Assembly: GCA_037310415.1 (NCBI GenBank)
Contig: CP147780.1
Location: 1,120,001-1,184,000, forward strand
Source: Candidatus Atabeyarchaeum deiterrae
Lineage (GTDB): Archaea > Asgardarchaeota > Atabeyarchaeia > Atabeyarchaeales > Atabeyarchaeaceae
DNA: 64,000 bases
Reading direction: 5' to 3'
Part shown: positions 38,412 to 47,977 of the stretch, one piece after another
Numbering within the stretch: the first letter of the stretch is position 1
How the letters are laid out: every line of letters begins with the position of its first letter
Translations under genes and position numbers: made by a program
Notes under the pieces: generated by a model
The model's input: the letters and a program-made list of their open reading frames with translations, nothing else
Databases searched by the model: none
Told to the model about the DNA's origin: nothing

Positions 38412-39953
38412 TCAGTAAGTTGGTCTATCTGGACCTTTTTCGGGAAAGACTTCTTTCACACAAGATTCATGAATATTCTCTGTTTGCTGCAAAAGAGTTT
38501 CGCCCTTACAACTGTACGAAGGTGCCAAAGGAAGCATATTGTAGTGGCTGGCAAGAGCTTGTTGATAGGCGCCCACATCAAGTACCATGAGAACATCACC
38601 TTTGTCGGTTCTCGGTAGCATCCTAGGTCCCGTTCGGTCGCGTCCCCATGCAAACACATCCCCGGAGTCACAGGCTATTCCACCTATATTGTACCAGTCC
38701 CTAAGGGGTTCACTTATCTTTGACGCGTTGAGCACCTCAAACCACTGCTGCAAGAGCACAATATCATGCGCATCCGTCATAGCACTTCCGTCTGTGATGA
38801 TCCACTTGTTTGACCCCTTCAACGATCCTTTGTACTTATTTTGCACGTCAAACACATCTGTTACGGACAGCAGGAGCGCAGTGGAGTTAGCTGTCAGCCA
38901 CCTTCCGGGCTCGATACATAACGTAGGGTAGTCATACCCTTTCTCTTCACAGTTCTCCCTGAATGCAGTAATTACTTTCAATCCGTACTGTTCGACATTA
39001 TAGTTTGACCAGAACTCTCCATACGCCTTCTTATCCAGCGGTCGGGTCTTAACGTACTTGACTGCAATTCCCCCACCTATGTTCACCTGATCAATGTGAA
39101 CGTTCAGTCTTCTCTCTAGTTCAATTAGGTTTGATAACAAGACAGGGACCTCGCCCCTTGTTTTGCTATTGCTTCGAGTTCCTGCGACTGCATTTATGTC
39201 AGATATCTGTGATCCTATGTGGCAATGTAGCTGGCGTATCTTCATCGGACTGTTGAAGTCTCTGATCTCTTTGACAACCGTCTCGAGTTGACCGAGAGGG
39301 ACGCCAAACCTTGAGTAGCCAGCTCCTGTTGCCAAATCCTCGGACGTCTTAGGTGTAATGCCAGGGTTGACTCGAACACCGACACTCAGATCTCCTCCCA
39401 TTCTCTGCGCGATCTTGGCCGCGAATCTAACCTCCTCAATCGAGGACAAGTTTACAATTACATCATACCCCTCTCTGGATTGGAGACCAAATGCGGCTTC
39501 GATCAGCGACTCTTTGTATGGGCGCTGAGCGTAATGTTTAGAGACACCGTTACAGACAATGCGGATAAGAGGATTCTTGCCACCCTTCTCCTTGAGTACG
39601 TTCAGTGCGAAGAAGAGTTCATGAATGTTAGTTACTTCAATGCCGTAACCTTGACCAACAATGCTGCCGACTACTGCATGAAGGAAGTTCGCTTTAGTTG
39701 CATAGAATGGATGAAATTTCCCGGGATAAGTCTTGAATGATTCAACGAGACGCTTAGCGTTCCTTACAATCTGGTCAAGATCGACGATGTAACATCTGGT
39801 ACGATGCTCATGAGCAAAGTCAAGTACATTCGAACCACCAAAAGCTAAAGTTCCACTGGAGGTGACTCGGCAATTATCACTCAGATCCTGTTTGCCAACG
39901 TAATTCGACGGGTTGACACTGCAAACTGGATCAATGGAAATACCTCGCGCCAA
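38412..39953 (-). CDS. PLP fold-III decarboxylase (diaminopimelate decarboxylase-like)
   Basis: FYATKAN, RVNP, HCHIGSQ, NIGGG, EPGR, CDSGD, GAY. Confidence 0.85.
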   Translation of the reverse strand: MARGISIDPVCSVNPSNYVGKQDLSDNCRVTSSGTLAFGGSNVLDFAHEHRTRCYIVDLDQIVRNAKRLVESFKTYPGKFHPFYATKANFLHAVVGSIVGQGYGIEVTNIHELFFALNVLKEKGGKNPLIRIVCNGVSKHYAQRPYKESLIEAAFGLQSREGYDVIVNLSSIEEVRFAAKIAQRMGGDLSVGVRVNPGITPKTSEDLATGAGYSRFGVPLGQLETVVKEIRDFNSPMKIRQLHCHIGSQISDINAVAGTRSNSKTRGEVPVLLSNLIELERRLNVHIDQVNIGGGIAVKYVKTRPLDKKAYGEFWSNYNVEQYGLKVITAFRENCEEKGYDYPTLCIEPGRWLTANSTALLLSVTDVFDVQNKYKGSLKGSNKWIITDGSAMTDAHDIVLLQQWFEVLNASKISEPLRDWYNIGGIACDSGDVFAWGRDRTGPRMLPRTDKGDVLMVLDVGAYQQALASHYNMLPLAPSYSCKGETLLQQTENIHESCVKEVFPEKGPDRPTY

Positions 39954-40102
39954 ATTGGTGCCATTCCCCCAGTCTCATGTTTGAGCGCTACAATTATTAC
40001 ATGCCGTATGAAACAATAGAAGATGGCTACTACCTTATAAGAAGAAGAGTGGCAGACCAGTGGGTTTCCCCTTGCTCATAGCACGTGGGAGGTTTCCAGC
40101 TA

Positions 40103-40834
40103 ATGAGAGTCATACCAGTCATGGATCTTCTTGGAGGGAAGGTCGTACACGCCAGAAAAGGTGAGAGAGAGAAGTACCAGCCTGTTAAGAGTATACTGGC
40201 TTCGACCGCAGATCCAGTTGAGGTAGCCACCGCATTTCACAGGCAGTTCAAATTCAAGGAACTCTACATAGCAGACCTGGACGCAATTCAGGGAGGGAAG
40301 GTTGCCATCGAGGGCATAAAGGCGATTAGTAAATCCACCTCAATGGAACTAATGGTAGATGCGGGGGTCAACAACCCTGATTCCGCTCACGTAGTCAGAG
40401 AGGCTGGAGCATCAAGAGTAATTGTAGCAACTGAAACTCTGATAAGTCTCAACGCGCTGACGGTGATGATTGAAGCGGTTGGAAGAGGGCGGATAATATC
40501 AAGTCTTGACGTAAAGCAAGGAAAGGTTCTTGGCAAGTCCCCTCAGATTAGAGAATTATCTCCAGTGAAGGCAGCTAGAGTCCTTGAGAAGATAGGAGTC
40601 ACCCAACTCATAGTTCTTGAGTTGACAAAAGTCGGGAGCGAATCAGGTGTAGACAGGAGTTTGGTGGAGTCGATCATCAGTGCTGTCAGAATACCCATCA
40701 TAACGGGTGGCGGCGTCAGAAACATCGACGATTTGATTGAACTCAAGGAGATTGGAGTTGACGGAGCACTTGTTGCGACATCGCTTCACAATGGATCTTT
40801 AAGTCCTGAAAATGTTCGATCTCTACTCCTATAG
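40103..40834 (+). CDS. HisA/HisF-related TIM-barrel protein (type associated with H4MPT/methanofuran C1 metabolism)
   Basis: IPVMDL.GG.VVHA..G.R..Y.P, LYIADLDAI, DAG, GGGVR. Confidence 0.85.
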   Translation: MRVIPVMDLLGGKVVHARKGEREKYQPVKSILASTADPVEVATAFHRQFKFKELYIADLDAIQGGKVAIEGIKAISKSTSMELMVDAGVNNPDSAHVVREAGASRVIVATETLISLNALTVMIEAVGRGRIISSLDVKQGKVLGKSPQIRELSPVKAARVLEKIGVTQLIVLELTKVGSESGVDRSLVESIISAVRIPIITGGGVRNIDDLIELKEIGVDGALVATSLHNGSLSPENVRSLLL

Positions 40835-40980
40835 CCGAACCTCTTTTCGAATGAAATCACTTCGAGTTGAGCGGTGATAGCAGACCATCCACTTCTTCCA
40901 GCGAGTGGTGACTATTTATGTGGCTTCAACTTAGAATCAGGCTATAACCACATTAGAACACAGGAATCAAAGGGAATGAT

Positions 40981-41604
40981 GTGGAGGTTGAAGGCACGAA
41001 AGGACCAAGAGTATTCTCTATAACGGGAGTACACGGATCGGGCAAGACCACAGTCTACAATTCTCTGAGGAACATATACGGTGACAAACGCAACTGGATC
41101 TTCATGCCTGAGAGAACAGGTCGTCCGCCCTACTCTTTTGGATCCAAGGATCCTGAGGTAGCCTTCAGAGCGGAACTCTGGTACTTCAATCAGATGCTGA
41201 GGAGAAATGAGCTGATTCGAAGCTATAATGAGAATGAATTGACTATTGTCTGCGACAGGAGTCCGATTTGCGTCTTGGCGTACTCCTATGCTCTCTGCTC
41301 AAGCGAAGACTTCAAGACCATCCGTAACCTGTACTCAGCCGTGGATTGGCACGAAAACGTAGTATTCTATCTTGAAATGAATCTGGAGAGCGCAGAAAAG
41401 AGACTCACATCGGGGCGAAGGAGAAATCTCGAAAAGTGGAATGAAAAAGATCGAGTCTATATACTAAAGGTCTTGGATGGCTACGAACGGGCGTTCAAAG
41501 AGATCAGGCAGACCAGATCACTAGACTTGATTAGAATACCCAACGGAAATGTTTCACCGAAAGAAACAATTCATCGCATGAACATGGAGATTCTTGCACC
41601 ATAG
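40981..41604 (+). CDS. P-loop nucleoside/nucleotide kinase (dNK/TMK-like)
   Basis: GVHGSGKTT, PE, CDRS. Confidence 0.8.
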   Translation: MEVEGTKGPRVFSITGVHGSGKTTVYNSLRNIYGDKRNWIFMPERTGRPPYSFGSKDPEVAFRAELWYFNQMLRRNELIRSYNENELTIVCDRSPICVLAYSYALCSSEDFKTIRNLYSAVDWHENVVFYLEMNLESAEKRLTSGRRRNLEKWNEKDRVYILKVLDGYERAFKEIRQTRSLDLIRIPNGNVSPKETIHRMNMEILAP

Positions 41605-41748
41605 CGAAAACCCTTAAAAGTTAGGAACGGAGAGAGGAACTTAGGATTAGGGTCAACACCAGACTTCTTAAAATCAACGCGATTGGAACTCCGATTACTG
41701 ACCTCAACAAGAAACAAAGGGATGGAATGAAATGGGGGTAAGAAGTTA

Positions 41749-41943
41749 ATGGCCAAGATCAAGAGATATGTCCGATGCCCTGAATGCGATGAGCTTCTCC
41801 TTCTGACAATAGACGATAAAGTTAGAACTGACAGGTGGCCTCTGAAATTAGAAGGTACGCATAAGGAGCATGGCTACGTCGTCTATCTTGACTCGCAATA
41901 CGCCATCACAGAGGTCAAAAAGAAAACCGGCAAAACCCAATAA
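41749..41943 (+). CDS. Small Zn-binding protein (CxxC...H..H)
   Basis: RCPEC...RWP....THKEH..VVYLD; pattern recalled as common in Asgard genomes. Confidence 0.7.
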   Translation: MAKIKRYVRCPECDELLLLTIDDKVRTDRWPLKLEGTHKEHGYVVYLDSQYAITEVKKKTGKTQ

Positions 41944-42015
41944 TCGTTAGCCAGTTCACACTGCGATTTGCAGTGATCAGATCTGACTTCCTGCTTCCGA
42001 AAGGTTTTTATTGCA

Positions 42016-42044
42016 TTTCGTGATATTACGAAAGCTTTTTTAAT
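42016..42044 (+). promoter_or_regulatory. Palindromic operator plus BRE/TATA promoter
   Basis: TTTCGTGATATTACGAAA (8 of 9 pairs) abutting GAAAGC-TTTTTTAAT. Confidence 0.55.
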
Positions 42045-42067
42045 GGGTGTTCTGACATCTATAATCA

Positions 42068-42318
42068 GTGGAGTGCAGGGATGAAGGGATAGGCTGGAGG
42101 CGGCGATTGACCTCGTGTTTTTTCTCCCCTAATGGGTTTTTCAGCAGATAGATACTACCTCCCCCATTTCCGCGCGAGGTCCGCTAAAACCTCCAGCAAG
42201 CATGTATGACTTTTCTCCTTTGCTAGGCCATTATCGAATGAGGGGGCAGACTGATCCATTTGCCTTACGTGTGGGCATGGCTCGTTTTTGCGCATGTATG
42301 TTTCTGGCAGGTTTTTAC
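42068..42318 (+). ncRNA. Candidate structured ncRNA with BHB/BHL motif (ends approximate)
   Basis: GCTGGAGG/CCTCCAGC, GGCG/CGCT and GACCTCGTG/CGCGAGGTC helices with ATT and AAA(A) bulges; no plausible ORF; upstream promoter and downstream T-runs. Confidence 0.55.
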
Positions 42319-42419
42319 TTGAGATCATGGTTTAAATAGTAGAACCATGGAGAAATCATTTTATCTCCCGGATGATTACGTTGATAGCTGTGATGGCATC
42401 TCAATCTGGTGGTGATCCC

Positions 42420-42863
42420 ATGGCTTTCAAGAATATTCTAGTCGCCGTAGACGGATCTAGGGAATCGGACAAAGCAATCGAGGTAATAGTCGAGCTTGCA
42501 GCGAAACTGGGCGCGAAGGTAACGTTTCTGCATGTTGTGAACACGCCTGACTTGGGCGATACTTCTCTATTGAGTGAGAAACCTGAGAAAGCTCTTCGCG
42601 ATTCATTAGTGGAAGCGGGAAAGAAGATCTTAGCGAAGGCCTCAGAAACTGCTAAGCGAAAAGGAGTCTCGGCAACCGAGAAGATAAGTTATGGATATCC
42701 GTCGGATACAATTGTGAGAGAAGCTTCCAGTTTGAACGTTGATTTGATCGCTATGGGCTCGAGAGGAAGAACCGGGGTAACGAGAATCGTGCTCGGAAGC
42801 ACTGCAGAGAAGGTCCTGCGATGGTCAAGTGTCCCCGTTCTTATAATGAAGGATCAGACGTAA
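42420..42863 (+). CDS. Universal stress protein
   Basis: ILVAVDGS, MGSRG.TG...LGSTAEKV. Confidence 0.93.
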   Translation: MAFKNILVAVDGSRESDKAIEVIVELAAKLGAKVTFLHVVNTPDLGDTSLLSEKPEKALRDSLVEAGKKILAKASETAKRKGVSATEKISYGYPSDTIVREASSLNVDLIAMGSRGRTGVTRIVLGSTAEKVLRWSSVPVLIMKDQT

Positions 42864-42942
42864 GTCAGAGAGTCATAATTACCAACATAGAAAAGATGCA
42901 AGGGGTATGTGAGCAACAGCAAATTCTTGTAAGGAGTGCGAG

Positions 42943-43644
42943 TTGGAAATGACACCAGCTGACAAGAGTAGTGCAGTGGAAAAAGTTGCTAATGCGGTTG
43001 CCAACCTTGACCTTGAACATGTTAAGAGCATTGTCCAGGAAGCATTGGACGCAGGCATACCGCCTTACGAGATAGCCGCAAAGGGTCTCGGCAAGGGAAT
43101 GGATATTGTTGGAAAAAGGTACGAGAACCATGAATACTTCTTGCCTGAACTTGTTGTAGCAGGCGAAGTTATGTACGCAGGATTGGATGTGGTCAAGCCG
43201 CTCCTGAAAGGAAAGAAGGATGAGAGTAGAGGCGTAATAGTGGCTGGGACAGTTGAGGGGGACATCCACGACATAGGCAAAAACCTCTTTGTCACCCTCG
43301 CCACTGCGGCGGGCTTCGAAGTGTACGACCTAGGAAGCGACGTATCACCAAAGAAATTCGTCGAAAAAGTCAAGGAAGTCAACGCAAACGTCCTAGGTGT
43401 ATCAGCTCTCATAACAACAACGATGGATAAGATGAAAAACGTGATAGATGAACTGGAGAAGATAGGCATCCGAGACAAAGTCAAAGTAATCGTTGGAGGC
43501 GCCCCCCTGACTGAAGGTTTTGCCAAGAAAATAGGGGCAGATGCTTTTGCTCCCGACGCACTCGACGGAGTTAGACTATGCAGACAATGGATCGAACAGA
43601 AGACAAAGTCAAAGGAGAAGGCGGGAGCGTCCAAGAAGAAATAG
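42943..43644 (+). CDS. Methyltransferase cognate corrinoid protein
   Basis: GTVEGDIHDIGKN, SALITTT, VGGAP. Confidence 0.93.
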   Translation: MEMTPADKSSAVEKVANAVANLDLEHVKSIVQEALDAGIPPYEIAAKGLGKGMDIVGKRYENHEYFLPELVVAGEVMYAGLDVVKPLLKGKKDESRGVIVAGTVEGDIHDIGKNLFVTLATAAGFEVYDLGSDVSPKKFVEKVKEVNANVLGVSALITTTMDKMKNVIDELEKIGIRDKVKVIVGGAPLTEGFAKKIGADAFAPDALDGVRLCRQWIEQKTKSKEKAGASKKK

Positions 43645-43675
43645 TTAAAGAGACCATCGCAAGTCTAGTTGGTTT

Positions 43676-44455
43676 GTGATGAAAAACATCCGCCGCACGA
43701 AAATAGTGAGAATTAAGGAAGGCAACCCATCTGTTGTTGACGACGAGGTTATAGTTGACACTTTTCTAAGCGTCTCACTGAACGGGAAGCATATTACCTC
43801 TTTTATCTGCTCTTCAGGATTTGAAGAAGAAGCTGCCATAGGATACCTGTTCTCAACCGGTATCTTGTCTTCATTCAGCCTCGTAAAGAAGACATCCCAC
43901 AAGGGCTACGACGTAGACGTGCAGACAATGGAACCTGTCTCAGTACCTGACTTAAACGCAACCTTGATAACTAGTGCATGTGGTGTACCTGAAGAGTGGC
44001 TGAAACTCAAGAAAGGATTCAAGCTTCCCAAAGTCGAATCCGACCTGAGGGTGAAATCAACAGCGATTCTATCGGCGATGAGACAACTGAACGAATCGAG
44101 CGAGATTTTCAGAAAAACAGGGGGAACTCATGCTGCTGCGCTCTTCAAGCAGGACGCAACACTAATCTTCAGCGTCGAAGACGTCAACAGGCATGTAGCC
44201 ATAGATAAGGTAATAGGCAAAGCATTAATGATGAAAACTGATCTGCTAAACAGCTTCTTAGCAAGCACAGGGAGACTAGCAAGTGACATGGTTGTCAAAG
44301 CCGTGTACGCAAGCATACCAGTAGTCGCATCAATAGCTGCGCCTTTTATCTCGGGAATACAACTGGCTGAAACAACAGGCATAACTCTCATAGGATTCGT
44401 GAGAGGAGAGAGAATGAACGTATACTCTCATCCAGAGAGAATCACACCTGACTGA
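43676..44455 (+). CDS. fdhD: Formate dehydrogenase accessory sulfurtransferase FdhD
   Basis: SACG, TGGTHAAAL, EDVNRH.A.DK..G, TGR, GFVRG.R.NVY. Confidence 0.9.
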   Translation: MMKNIRRTKIVRIKEGNPSVVDDEVIVDTFLSVSLNGKHITSFICSSGFEEEAAIGYLFSTGILSSFSLVKKTSHKGYDVDVQTMEPVSVPDLNATLITSACGVPEEWLKLKKGFKLPKVESDLRVKSTAILSAMRQLNESSEIFRKTGGTHAAALFKQDATLIFSVEDVNRHVAIDKVIGKALMMKTDLLNSFLASTGRLASDMVVKAVYASIPVVASIAAPFISGIQLAETTGITLIGFVRGERMNVYSHPERITPD

Positions 44456-44487
44456 TTAGAAGACGCTCATGCTGGAGGCGGTTATTT

Positions 44488-45444
44488 CTGAGGGAAGATA
44501 TCCTCCATGAAACCTTTGATGGAACATTCCCGTTCGAACCCCATTTCAAGATGATTAATGGATTCAGGATGCACTATGCAGACGAGGGCAAAGGCGAGCC
44601 GATAGTCTGCCTCCACGGCGAACCAACTTGGGGGTACATATATCGCAAATTCATTCCACCCCTTTCGGAAACCAACCGAGTAATCGTGCCAGATCACATG
44701 GGGTTTGGCAAGAGTGATGTCCCACAAAATAAACCCTACACACTGGCACAGCACATAGACAATCTAACGAAGCTACTTCTCGAACTCGATCTAGAAGACA
44801 TAACGCTCGTAGGGCAGGATTGGGGCGGCCCGATCATGTTCGGGTTCGCTGTGAACTATCCCGATAGAGTGAAGCGACTCGTAATAATGAACACTGGGGT
44901 CGGGGTTTACCCGGAAGGTACAAAAACATGGGTTAGCGACATGATAGAGAAGGGAACATATGAGAAGATATTGGGAAACCTAAAGAAGAGCCTCCCCAGT
45001 TTGCTCGCAAGGGGAGTAAGCAAGGGGACAAAGATCACAGAAACCATGATCAAAGCTTACACAGCACCTTTTCCCAACAGAGCCTCCTGCAAGGGCGCCA
45101 TGGCGTTTCCTCTAGATATTCCAGTTGGGAAGAGCCATCCAAGTGCTGGCCTTATGCACAGCATTGTCGAGAGACTTAACCTCCTACGTGATAAGGATAA
45201 GGTCATAATCTGGGGACTACAAGACCCAGTCATTCACAAAATGATTCTCGAGTGGTGGCGTACTACTTTTCCTGGAAGCGAGGTTCACGAGTTGCCCGAG
45301 GCAAGCCATTTCTTGGAAGAAGATGCGCCAGAAAAGATAGCTAAAATCATACAAAAGTTCCTGTTAAAGCTGGATACCCCTACGAAAAGCCTCCAGCTGA
45401 AGACTGGCAACAAACCAGCAAAACAAAGCAAGAGAAAAAGATGA
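44488..45444 (+). CDS. Haloalkane dehalogenase-like alpha/beta hydrolase
   Basis: LHGEPTW, QDWGG nucleophile, ASHFLEED; family-like ETFDGTFPFEPH lies in frame upstream of ATG 44551, implying a CTG start. Confidence 0.8.
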   Translation: MREDILHETFDGTFPFEPHFKMINGFRMHYADEGKGEPIVCLHGEPTWGYIYRKFIPPLSETNRVIVPDHMGFGKSDVPQNKPYTLAQHIDNLTKLLLELDLEDITLVGQDWGGPIMFGFAVNYPDRVKRLVIMNTGVGVYPEGTKTWVSDMIEKGTYEKILGNLKKSLPSLLARGVSKGTKITETMIKAYTAPFPNRASCKGAMAFPLDIPVGKSHPSAGLMHSIVERLNLLRDKDKVIIWGLQDPVIHKMILEWWRTTFPGSEVHELPEASHFLEEDAPEKIAKIIQKFLLKLDTPTKSLQLKTGNKPAKQSKRKR

Positions 45445-45489
45445 TCCCTAGTATGGATCCTGTCGAGTTGGTAATGTGAGCAGATAGAG

Positions 45490-46305
45490 GTGAGCGGAAA
45501 AATGAACTATAATACCATTACCTTAGAAGAGAAAGACCAGGTAGCAAAGATCACTTTCAATAGACCAGAGAAGCTGAACGCGATCAGCCCAGAAGTCATA
45601 TCGGAAGTCAAAGATGCGCTTGAGAAGATAAGGAAAAGCTCATCGCGGGTTGTCATAATCACTGGCGCCGAGATGGAGGGAAAGAGAAAGATGTTCTCTG
45701 CTGGAGCCGACCTTACGAAGAGCGGGATAGACCCATTCTCGCCAAAGTCTGACACGATACGCGAATCGTCACTCCGAGGGCAGGAGATGTGCAATATTAT
45801 CGCAGAGTTCGAGAAACCAGTCATAGCCATGGTAAACGGTCTCGCCTTGGGGGGCGGATGCGAAACACTCCTAGCATGCGACATAGTCATAGCCTCAGAA
45901 ACCGCAGAGATAGGTCTGCCAGAAATAGGTTTAGGCATCATACCTGGATGGGGAGGAACCCAAAGGCTACCCAGAAAAATCAGTCCATCAAAAGCCAAAC
46001 AAATAATCTTCACGGGTGAGAGGATTTCAGCAACGGAGGCCGAGAAGATCGGACTGGTGGATGTTGTAGCTCCGGCAGATAGACTCGAAGACGCAACCAT
46101 GGAGGTCGCAAAGAAGTTGGCTGCTAAGAGCCCTATAATACTGCGGCTTGCCAAAAGAGCAGTGAACCAAGGGCTTGAGACGAGCTTGAAGAGTGGATTG
46201 AAGATCGAGAATGACGCATTTGTCGAATGCTTCTCCACAGAGGACGTGAAGGAAGGAATGCAAGCATTTTTCGAGAAACGCCAACCCAAATTCAAAGGCG
46301 AATAG
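45490..46305 (+). CDS. Enoyl-CoA hydratase
   Basis: [25 protein letters not shown]. Confidence 0.93.
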   Translation: MSGKMNYNTITLEEKDQVAKITFNRPEKLNAISPEVISEVKDALEKIRKSSSRVVIITGAEMEGKRKMFSAGADLTKSGIDPFSPKSDTIRESSLRGQEMCNIIAEFEKPVIAMVNGLALGGGCETLLACDIVIASETAEIGLPEIGLGIIPGWGGTQRLPRKISPSKAKQIIFTGERISATEAEKIGLVDVVAPADRLEDATMEVAKKLAAKSPIILRLAKRAVNQGLETSLKSGLKIENDAFVECFSTEDVKEGMQAFFEKRQPKFKGE

Positions 46306-46405
46306 GGGCTTGTCAGTGATTCTCAGAAAGGTATTTATCTTTTCGGACAATTCAATGAATTTACGTTTTGTCTAATGCTTTGGGGATGGAGGGGCTAACA
46401 GGCAG

Positions 46406-47902
46406 TTGAGCCGGAAAGACTCGGTTCTAAGCAAATCAAGCAATCAGGAACTCTTGGGGCTTGCCGAAATAGCGTCGGGAATTCCGATCGGCGGCAAAAC
46501 TAGCAGGGAGACTCTGATTAAGATAATCAAGTACTCCATGAGTATCGAAGAAATAAAGAAGAGAACCAGAGAAATCGGAACGAGATCGCGACATTCTGCA
46601 AATCTGAGGGGCAGAAAACTTCTAGCAGTCTTCTTTGTATCAGCGATTGTGTATAGTAGCCTCTTTATTGGTGCAACTCTGATTTTCAGCGATCTGAGTC
46701 TGAAATATGCAGTAGTGACACCAGCTGAAGAGGAGTGGAGCATTGCATTCGGAAGGACCTACGTATTCTCGGCAGTCACTGCACAGCAGGCTCATGACGG
46801 TGGATTCGTCGTAACCGGAACCGTGAGGAATGAGGAAGGATCAACTGATGCTTTTCTTTTAAGGTTGAATTCGATCGGCGCTGTCCAGTTGAACAAGACA
46901 TATGGAGGACACGATTTCGTCGGCGGATCATTCGCCAAGGAGACATCTGACGGCGGTTATCTCGTAGGAGGTTACACAAATTCCCTCTATGGCAATTGCA
47001 GTCGTGCCTGGCTTGTGAAGACAGACTCAGGAGGGAACATCCGTTGGAATGTGACACTTGGCACAGGAGAAGAATACTATACCAAGTACGCCACTGAGAC
47101 GTCTGACGGCGGGTACGTCGCGATAGGATATGGGTTCGCGTATGGAACAGGAGACATTAGCAATCGCAGTCGCGTCTGGTTTGCCGAGATAAATGCAACT
47201 GGAGAATACCAGTGGGGTCGCTCTTATAGAGTAACCTATGGGGTGCATTCCGCAATGCAGACGTCGGATGGGGGATACATAATCGTCGGAACGGAAATGG
47301 ACGGTCCCTGTCTTCTAAAAATAGATACTGGTGGCAACGTCGAACTCAACATGATATACGCCAACGTCGGATACGAGATATACTCGGTTCATCAAACTTA
47401 TGATGGAGGATACGTCCTTGCAGGAGCCACATTGTCCCAGGCTTGGATTGTCAAAACGGATCCACATGGAAACATTCAATGGGGCAAAACATATGGGGCG
47501 AGTGGAACTGCGCGGGCTCTCTCTGCACTACAAACATTTGATGGAGGATACATCATGGCTGGACACATACACTCGCAGGGTGATGCCGGGAATAGCGCGT
47601 TGCTTATCAAGATGGATCCAGATGGAAACATTCAGTGGAGCAAGACGTATGGGGGAAGTGGAACTGCGTGGGCTTCCTCTGTTCTGCAGATTTCCACCAA
47701 TAGATACGTCGTGGCGGGCGGAGCGGAATCGTCCGATGGAAACACCACTGTATGGATCGCCGAGCTAGCAGTACAGTCACAACCAGTCGGCGCGGCCATG
47801 TTCCTCGTCGTATTTGGTTGCATAACTACACTGTTTGCCAGCTCTCTTATACTTTTGTGGAGAAGAGCGCACATGAAGCAATTCAAAAGAAAGGCTTATT
47901 GA
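46406..47902 (+). CDS. Membrane protein: small helical N-domain, TM, 7-repeat TxDGGY beta-propeller, TM
   Basis: Seven W.KTYG...QTxDGGY...W..K.D..G repeats between two hydrophobic helices. Confidence 0.8.
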   Translation: MSRKDSVLSKSSNQELLGLAEIASGIPIGGKTSRETLIKIIKYSMSIEEIKKRTREIGTRSRHSANLRGRKLLAVFFVSAIVYSSLFIGATLIFSDLSLKYAVVTPAEEEWSIAFGRTYVFSAVTAQQAHDGGFVVTGTVRNEEGSTDAFLLRLNSIGAVQLNKTYGGHDFVGGSFAKETSDGGYLVGGYTNSLYGNCSRAWLVKTDSGGNIRWNVTLGTGEEYYTKYATETSDGGYVAIGYGFAYGTGDISNRSRVWFAEINATGEYQWGRSYRVTYGVHSAMQTSDGGYIIVGTEMDGPCLLKIDTGGNVELNMIYANVGYEIYSVHQTYDGGYVLAGATLSQAWIVKTDPHGNIQWGKTYGASGTARALSALQTFDGGYIMAGHIHSQGDAGNSALLIKMDPDGNIQWSKTYGGSGTAWASSVLQISTNRYVVAGGAESSDGNTTVWIAELAVQSQPVGAAMFLVVFGCITTLFASSLILLWRRAHMKQFKRKAY

Positions 47903-47977
47903 AGAGCATTTTCCGATAGGATTTAGTACAGCTGTCTTGTTGAAGTCTTCCTGCAACTTTTTCGATCCAGCAAACGA

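Noticed and set aside
25593-39953. DapA-like plus LysA-like genes as a lysine DAP pathway cluster
   Set aside because: They are 11 kb apart with no dapB/dapF/dapL between them, and the aldolase lacks the R138 equivalent and carries Fae. Gene symbols were withheld.
18909-46295. Long antisense ORFs (e.g. 18909-19667, 21891-22754, 43065-43634, 45507-46295)
   Set aside because: Shadows of well-supported genes on the opposite strand, with no motifs of their own.
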